Below are positions 58,937 to 64,000 of a stretch of DNA of 64,000 nucleotides, in pieces (within the stretch, counting starts at the first letter, position 1; every line of letters starts with the position of its first letter). Where the stretch lies: positions 352,001 through 416,000 of the forward strand of contig CAVSOU010000007.1 of assembly GCA_963729625.1 (NCBI GenBank), in the 5' to 3' direction. The DNA comes from an uncultured bacterium. Its GTDB lineage: Bacteria; Chloroflexota; UBA5177; JANWHV01. The translations under genes and the position numbers were made by a program. Under the pieces are notes generated by a model. It saw only the letters and a list, made by a program, of their open reading frames with translations, did no database searches and was not told the DNA's origin.

Positions 58937-59965
58937 CTATGTGGCGCTCGACCTCGCCCAGAGATTGATGTGGCCTTCTGCCGCATATCGGTCGATTTCG
59001 GTCAATTCGCCGTGCGTGAACTCGAGCTTCTTGATTGCGCCGAGTGAGTCTTCAAGCTGGGCGACGCTGCTGACACCGATCAGCGCTGACGTCACCCGGG
59101 CATCGCGCAACGTCCAGGCCAGGGCCATCTGGGCCAGTGTCTGTCCTCGTTTCTTGGCGATCTCGTTCAGGGCCTTGATACGCGCCATATTGTCGTCGGT
59201 CAGAAGGTCGGGAGAGAGCGAGGCATTTGCGCTGGCGCGTGAGCCTGCGGGAATGCCACGCAAGTATTTGTCGCTGAGCATGCCCTGTGCAAGTGGCGAG
59301 AAGGCAATGCAGCCGACGCCTTCCTCGCCCAGTGCGTCAAGCAGGTCTCCTTCGATCCACCGGTTCAACATCGAGTATGACGGCTGGTGGATCAGGAGCG
59401 GCGTCCCCAAGCGGCGCAAGATTGCCGAGGCCTCTCGCGTTTTGACCGCCGAGTAAGAGGAGATACCGGCATAAAGCGCCTTTCCCGTGCGTACGGCACT
59501 GTCCAGCGCGCCCATCGTCTCCTCCAGCGGCGTCTCAGGATCGAAGCGATGCGAATAGAAGATGTCGACGTACTCAAGGCCCATCCGCTTGAGCGACTGA
59601 TCCAGGCTAGCCAGAAGGTACTTTCGCGATCCCCATTCGCCGTATGGACCCGGCCACATGTCGTAGCCGGCCTTGGTAGAAATGACGAGCTCGTCGCGGT
59701 ACGGCCGGAAGTCCGCGGCGAAAATACGGCCAAAGTTGGCCTCGGCCGATCCGTATGGCGGCCCGTAGTTGTTAGCCAGGTCAAAATGCGTGACGCCGAG
59801 ATCGAATGCTCGCCGGAGGACGGCTCGCTGCGTCTCCAGTGGTCGTCCATCGCCAAAATTGTGCCATAGCCCGAGCGACACTGCCGGCAGTCGCAACCCG
59901 CTGCGACCGCTACGGCGATAGACCATGTTGCCATATCGGTCAAGTGATGCTTCGTATGCCACCAC
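58937..59965 (-). CDS. L-glyceraldehyde 3-phosphate reductase (YghZ/Gpr-type AKR)
   Basis: SLGLWHNFG, HFDLANNYGPP, STKAGYDMWPGPYG, IHQPSY. Confidence 0.9.
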   Translation of the reverse strand: MVAYEASLDRYGNMVYRRSGRSGLRLPAVSLGLWHNFGDGRPLETQRAVLRRAFDLGVTHFDLANNYGPPYGSAEANFGRIFAADFRPYRDELVISTKAGYDMWPGPYGEWGSRKYLLASLDQSLKRMGLEYVDIFYSHRFDPETPLEETMGALDSAVRTGKALYAGISSYSAVKTREASAILRRLGTPLLIHQPSYSMLNRWIEGDLLDALGEEGVGCIAFSPLAQGMLSDKYLRGIPAGSRASANASLSPDLLTDDNMARIKALNEIAKKRGQTLAQMALAWTLRDARVTSALIGVSSVAQLEDSLGAIKKLEFTHGELTEIDRYAAEGHINLWARSSAT

Positions 59966-60256
59966 TACCTCCTTGTTTGAAACTGTGCAACCGCCTTGAA
60001 GTCACAATCCAATTGATAGCTTAGCGCACGGAGGGCCAGCCCGGTGCGCCATCATAGCCGCGAGCGCGCTGAACTGAGCCGGGTCAGAACCGCCATGCAA
60101 GGTGAGCGCGGCCTCCTCGGCAGGCGCAAACCCAACGGCTTCGGGCCGAGCGATGTCATGAGCACCCTTCGAGCTGGCCACGCCCGGCTGACTGGCGACA
60201 TCGAAATGATCTCGCATGGTCAGGCCCCCCGGTGAAACGGCGAGCCTCCCTTCCCA

Positions 60257-61876
60257 TCACGACGAGGAACCGGTCCGGCCATGTCGTCTGCGCAGGGCGG
60301 AGCGGAGTCGCTGCCAGGCGTCGCGGGCACGCTCCACCTGAGTACTATCGACGCGTCCGGGCCCGTAGCGCGCGGCCACGAAAGCTTGTGTAAGGCCGGA
60401 TGCCGCGTCGTGAGCTTCAGGCACCCGGCTTCCGAGATCCGCGGCGTACTCCGCGGGTGTTTGCCCAGCCCGTCGCGCGTATCCGCGGCGTGCGGCGTGT
60501 TCGAGCGCCGCGAGATAGAGGGTGACGACGGCCTTTCGAGCCGGCAGCCCATCGAGAGCCGGACCATGCATGCGGCGAATTCGCGCGCTCACGCGGTCCG
60601 GACCTCGTGCCGCGAACACGCGCGCACGTGCGGCAAGTCGTCTGGCAGGCGCAGGCAACAGTGCCGCGAGCAGGCGCACGTAGCGGCTCAGCGTCGCGAC
60701 AAGTGATCGCCAGCCGCGCCGTCCGGATCGGCCTTGCCCGCCGGACAGAGAGGCGTACGCCAATGCAAGCACCGCTACGACGCCGAGCAGCACCGGCCAT
60801 TGCCCTGCCACCTCCTGCACGGCGTGAGTGAACGCCCGCCAGAGATAGTCGAGCAGGCGCCAGATACCTGCCTCCGACTGAGAGGGCAGCATCGGAACAT
60901 GGCGCGCCGGAGTCGGCAGTCCTGGGCCGCCACTGTGCGCGCACGCGCCGGTCGGGCACGGCGTCGGAGCAGGCGCACTGAACCAGCCCCACGGAAGAAG
61001 CCGGAGCAGCGGCAGGAGCACCGCGTCCCCCAACCACGCGGCAAGGACCCGCACGATATCCAGGAGGTGTGAGGCCAGGAGCAGCGCGGCAACGATCAGC
61101 GTCAACAAAACACTATCCGAGCCAGCCCGGCGCCATTCTCCCGTGACGCGCGCTGGAACGTCGCAGCCGGCGAGCTGCCACTGCGCCATCTTGCGCCTAT
61201 GCGCGGAGTAGCAAGCTAAGACGAGCGCGACGACGAGATACGTGCCGAACGCCGCCAGCCCCAGTGTGCCTTCCAGCACCCTGTTCGGCGCAGCGCGGCC
61301 GTGCAGCAGCAGCGCGAGCGCCAGAACCAGAGTCACGCCGCCCAAGCTCAGCCAGGTCTGACCCAGCAGCTCGCTTCTGGATGCCCCGCCGGCTCGCGAA
61401 CGTTTGCCGTCGTCCGCTTCCCACGGCTGGACTTCCAGCAGGGTCCAGGCTCGCGTCCGAGACGCCGCATGACTGACGGTCACCCCACAAAGAACCAGGG
61501 CGAGAAACGCGGACCAGCGGTAGTCCCACGAAGACACGTCGCCGCCGATGCCGCGGGCCCGCGACTCGACCGCGGGGAACGCCAGGCAGAGCAGGCTTGA
61601 GGCCGCTAGCTGGGCGATCAGTACATTGCGCCGGAACGTTCGTCCGGCAAGTATTCCCATTCCGGCCAGTCGCATGGTCGTCGACACGGACGTTACCGCC
61701 AGGCCGACCAGGCACGCTATCACCGCCGCCTCCTGAGCGGCCAGCCAGTGGAGCGGCAGTGCGCCGGAGCAAGCCAACAGGCCCAAGGGAAAGGCGACAG
61801 ATAGAAGGACCAGGCAGATCGTTGCCAACTCGTTCTCGCGGACTGCTGCAGGTGCGCCGAAGTATGGCGTCGTCAT
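60257..61876 (-). CDS. Membrane protein with C-terminal DUF4129-like domain
   Basis: Multiple TM helices; C-terminal R..QTP.EY...LT..F..ARY; ATGA overlap with the DUF58 gene. Confidence 0.75.
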   Translation of the reverse strand: MTTPYFGAPAAVRENELATICLVLLSVAFPLGLLACSGALPLHWLAAQEAAVIACLVGLAVTSVSTTMRLAGMGILAGRTFRRNVLIAQLAASSLLCLAFPAVESRARGIGGDVSSWDYRWSAFLALVLCGVTVSHAASRTRAWTLLEVQPWEADDGKRSRAGGASRSELLGQTWLSLGGVTLVLALALLLHGRAAPNRVLEGTLGLAAFGTYLVVALVLACYSAHRRKMAQWQLAGCDVPARVTGEWRRAGSDSVLLTLIVAALLLASHLLDIVRVLAAWLGDAVLLPLLRLLPWGWFSAPAPTPCPTGACAHSGGPGLPTPARHVPMLPSQSEAGIWRLLDYLWRAFTHAVQEVAGQWPVLLGVVAVLALAYASLSGGQGRSGRRGWRSLVATLSRYVRLLAALLPAPARRLAARARVFAARGPDRVSARIRRMHGPALDGLPARKAVVTLYLAALEHAARRGYARRAGQTPAEYAADLGSRVPEAHDAASGLTQAFVAARYGPGRVDSTQVERARDAWQRLRSALRRRHGRTGSSS

Positions 61877-63138
61877 GCCGATACTCCCAGGGACGGCGCG
61901 TCCGACCAAACGCCGCGTGCGTGAACGCCCAGCGAGCGAGCGCGGCTCTCGATGCCGGCGTCGACTCCCTGCTGGCCAATGACCAGCAGTACTACAAGCA
62001 GGCCTGTCTTGCGCAGACCGTGAAGGACCATCAGTAGCGCATCGTCGACGAACCCGGTGACAACAATCAGCGTCGAGCCCCACGGCAGAGATACCTGCCT
62101 GGACTGCAGATCGTGCAGAAGGGGCCGGTCCGCCGCACGTTCAAGGCGAGCTAGGACTTCGAGGACACGTGTCAGCTGGGTGCGACCCTTTGATGGCGGG
62201 AGCGCCGGCGGGACGACACCCGTCTCGTCCGCCATCGCAGTCGATTGAGATGCGGCTTCGCCCGCGTATGTCTCAACCAGGACGCTCGGTATCGCGTCCG
62301 GCCCACTCTCCATCGGAGTTAGCCGTCCATTTGTCACCAGGCCAACCGCTTGTCGCATGTCGGTAAGGCGCTGGGCAACAGTTGCGGCAACGCTGATCGC
62401 CAACTCGCACGCTACGAAGTGATTTGCACCTGGGTAACCCGACCGATCGAGATCGAGGTAGATCATGGTTTGTACGGTCGTGGCAGGGTCGAACAGCTTC
62501 ACTTGCAGAGTGCCCGAGGCGGCTGTTGCACGCCAGTGAATGTCGTGCAGTGGATCGCCTGCGCGGTAGTCTCGCACCCCGCACGCGCGAGCGGGGTCGC
62601 CGAGGATTGGCCGCCGGCTACGAAGATCGCCAAACAACGCGACCGCCGGTAGGTCAAGCTCGTGCACCGCGAGGATACGTGGATAAACCAGCACGTACTG
62701 CTTAGTCGGCAGAAGCAGGTCGCGCTGGATGATGCCGAATACGTCCCCCAGTGACAGAGCCAGCGGGCCGGAGCAGTGAAGCCCGCGCTGCCTGCCGACG
62801 AGCTCATAGCTCAGCACTTCCTGCCGCCCGCTGGCGACGGCGAGCACGCGGTGGCATCGATCCGCAACACGCAATCCGACCGGCGTCGACTCGGTTAGCT
62901 CGAGCCAGGGGATAGAAAACACGCTGTGATTCTCGATCGCGATGGTGACAGTCGTCTTCTCGCCAAAGAACAAGCGCGGCTCCATTATGCGATTGACCCT
63001 GAGATCGGCGGTAGCGCCGCGCAGCCACACGTGCGCTCCAACACGCACCACAAGCACCACGGCAAAGGCGAAGAACAGCGGGCCGCATTGGAAGTAGACG
63101 GATACCGCCAGCCAACTCAGCATGGCAAGGGTTCTCAT
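61873..63138 (-). CDS. DUF58 domain protein
   Basis: LVYP, GVRDY..GD....IHW.ATA..G.L.VK. Confidence 0.88.
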   Translation of the reverse strand: MRTLAMLSWLAVSVYFQCGPLFFAFAVVLVVRVGAHVWLRGATADLRVNRIMEPRLFFGEKTTVTIAIENHSVFSIPWLELTESTPVGLRVADRCHRVLAVASGRQEVLSYELVGRQRGLHCSGPLALSLGDVFGIIQRDLLLPTKQYVLVYPRILAVHELDLPAVALFGDLRSRRPILGDPARACGVRDYRAGDPLHDIHWRATAASGTLQVKLFDPATTVQTMIYLDLDRSGYPGANHFVACELAISVAATVAQRLTDMRQAVGLVTNGRLTPMESGPDAIPSVLVETYAGEAASQSTAMADETGVVPPALPPSKGRTQLTRVLEVLARLERAADRPLLHDLQSRQVSLPWGSTLIVVTGFVDDALLMVLHGLRKTGLLVVLLVIGQQGVDAGIESRARSLGVHARGVWSDAPSLGVSA

Positions 63139-64000
63139 CGCTCCTGTTGCCCGCTTCCTCCAGGCGTGCCCACCGCGATAGTCGATCCGGCTTCACTCGC
63201 TTCCGCTACCGGCACGGGGATCGAGTCAAGCAGCGATCGCACGATGCCGGCAGCAGTACGGCCGCGCAATTCGCTCTCCGGCTTCACGGTCACTCGATGC
63301 GCGAGCGCGACCTCCGCCAGATCTTTGATGTCGTCGGGAATGGCGTAGGCACGTCCGCGCAGCCCTGCCAGAGCCTGAGCACTGCGATACAGTGCCAGGC
63401 TGCCACGCGTGCTCGCGCCCACAGCGAGATCCGGATGGCTCCTCGTCGCCAGCACGATCCTGCCAATATAGTCCACCAGCGATGGTTCAACGTAGATATC
63501 CCAGACCGCCCTCTGCAAAGCCACCACCTGCTCTCGTGCGGCGACCTGCCGCAGATGGCCAATTGGATGCTCGCGCGCCAGGCCCGTGAGGATACGCCTC
63601 TCTTCATCAAGCGTCGGATGACCCATTCGCAGCCGCATCAGGAAACGGTCCATCTGTGCTTCGGGCAGCGGGAAGGTGCCTTCGTATTCAATGGGGTTCT
63701 GGGTAGCAATGACCATGAATGGACTGGGCAAGACACGCGTAACGCCGTCGCTGGTCACCTGGTGCTCACCCATTGCCTCGAGCAGCGCGGACTGCGTGCG
63801 CGGGGTCGCGCGATTGACCTCGTCGGCAAGTAGGATGTTGACGAACGCAGGGCCTTCGCGAAACTCGAAGTCCCCGTTCTTCTGATTGTAGATCGACACG
63901 CCGGTCACATCGTTCGGCAACAGATCCGGCGTGCACTGCAGCCTTTTGAACGTGCAGCCGATAGAGCCGCTGATCGCACGCGCAAGCATGGTCTTACCTG
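63135..64000 (-). CDS. MoxR-family AAA+ ATPase (5' part outside window)
   Basis: GKTMLA, TPDLLP.D, LADEVNR..P.TQSALLEAM, ATQNP.E.EGT..LPEAQ.DRF. Confidence 0.93.
   Translation of the reverse strand, partial: GKTMLARAISGSIGCTFKRLQCTPDLLPNDVTGVSIYNQKNGDFEFREGPAFVNILLADEVNRATPRTQSALLEAMGEHQVTSDGVTRVLPSPFMVIATQNPIEYEGTFPLPEAQMDRFLMRLRMGHPTLDEERRILTGLAREHPIGHLRQVAAREQVVALQRAVWDIYVEPSLVDYIGRIVLATRSHPDLAVGASTRGSLALYRSAQALAGLRGRAYAIPDDIKDLAEVALAHRVTVKPESELRGRTAAGIVRSLLDSIPVPVAEASEAGSTIAVGTPGGSGQQER

Overview
High-GC bacterial chromosome segment. Thr/Pro-repeat secreted proteins and overall gene content suggest Chloroflexota or a related soil monoderm, but that is inference only. The first ~25 kb is a dense H2/redox island. 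It holds hypF (cut by the window edge), a divergent SLOG/DUF2493-like gene, and a complete hdrCBA-mvhDGA operon (heterodisulfide reductase plus group 3c [NiFe]-hydrogenase) converging on a hoxEFUYH group 3d hydrogenase operon, with three maturation endopeptidases at the junction. These are followed by an FprA-type ferredoxin-NADP reductase, PFOR (nifJ), a DHODH-like flavoprotein, a monoheme cytochrome c and a USP. Several promoters in the island share a 14-bp DosR/NarL-like motif. Next come a heterodimeric ABC exporter, an MFS transporter, a secreted C1 peptidase with 4x120-bp repeats, and a co-directional minus-strand run nrtR-nadB-nadC-nadA-pntAA-pntAB-pntB-glgX-xfp. The rest is a secreted GH-like protein, greA, metH, two aldo-keto reductases, a TPR protein, a PNPOx-like protein, an orphan chemoreceptor behind a near-consensus sigma28 promoter, a VOC dioxygenase and a MoxR-DUF58-DUF4129 operon. 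No rRNA, tRNA, CRISPR or mobile element was recognised. All calls come from reading motifs by eye; no database search was run.
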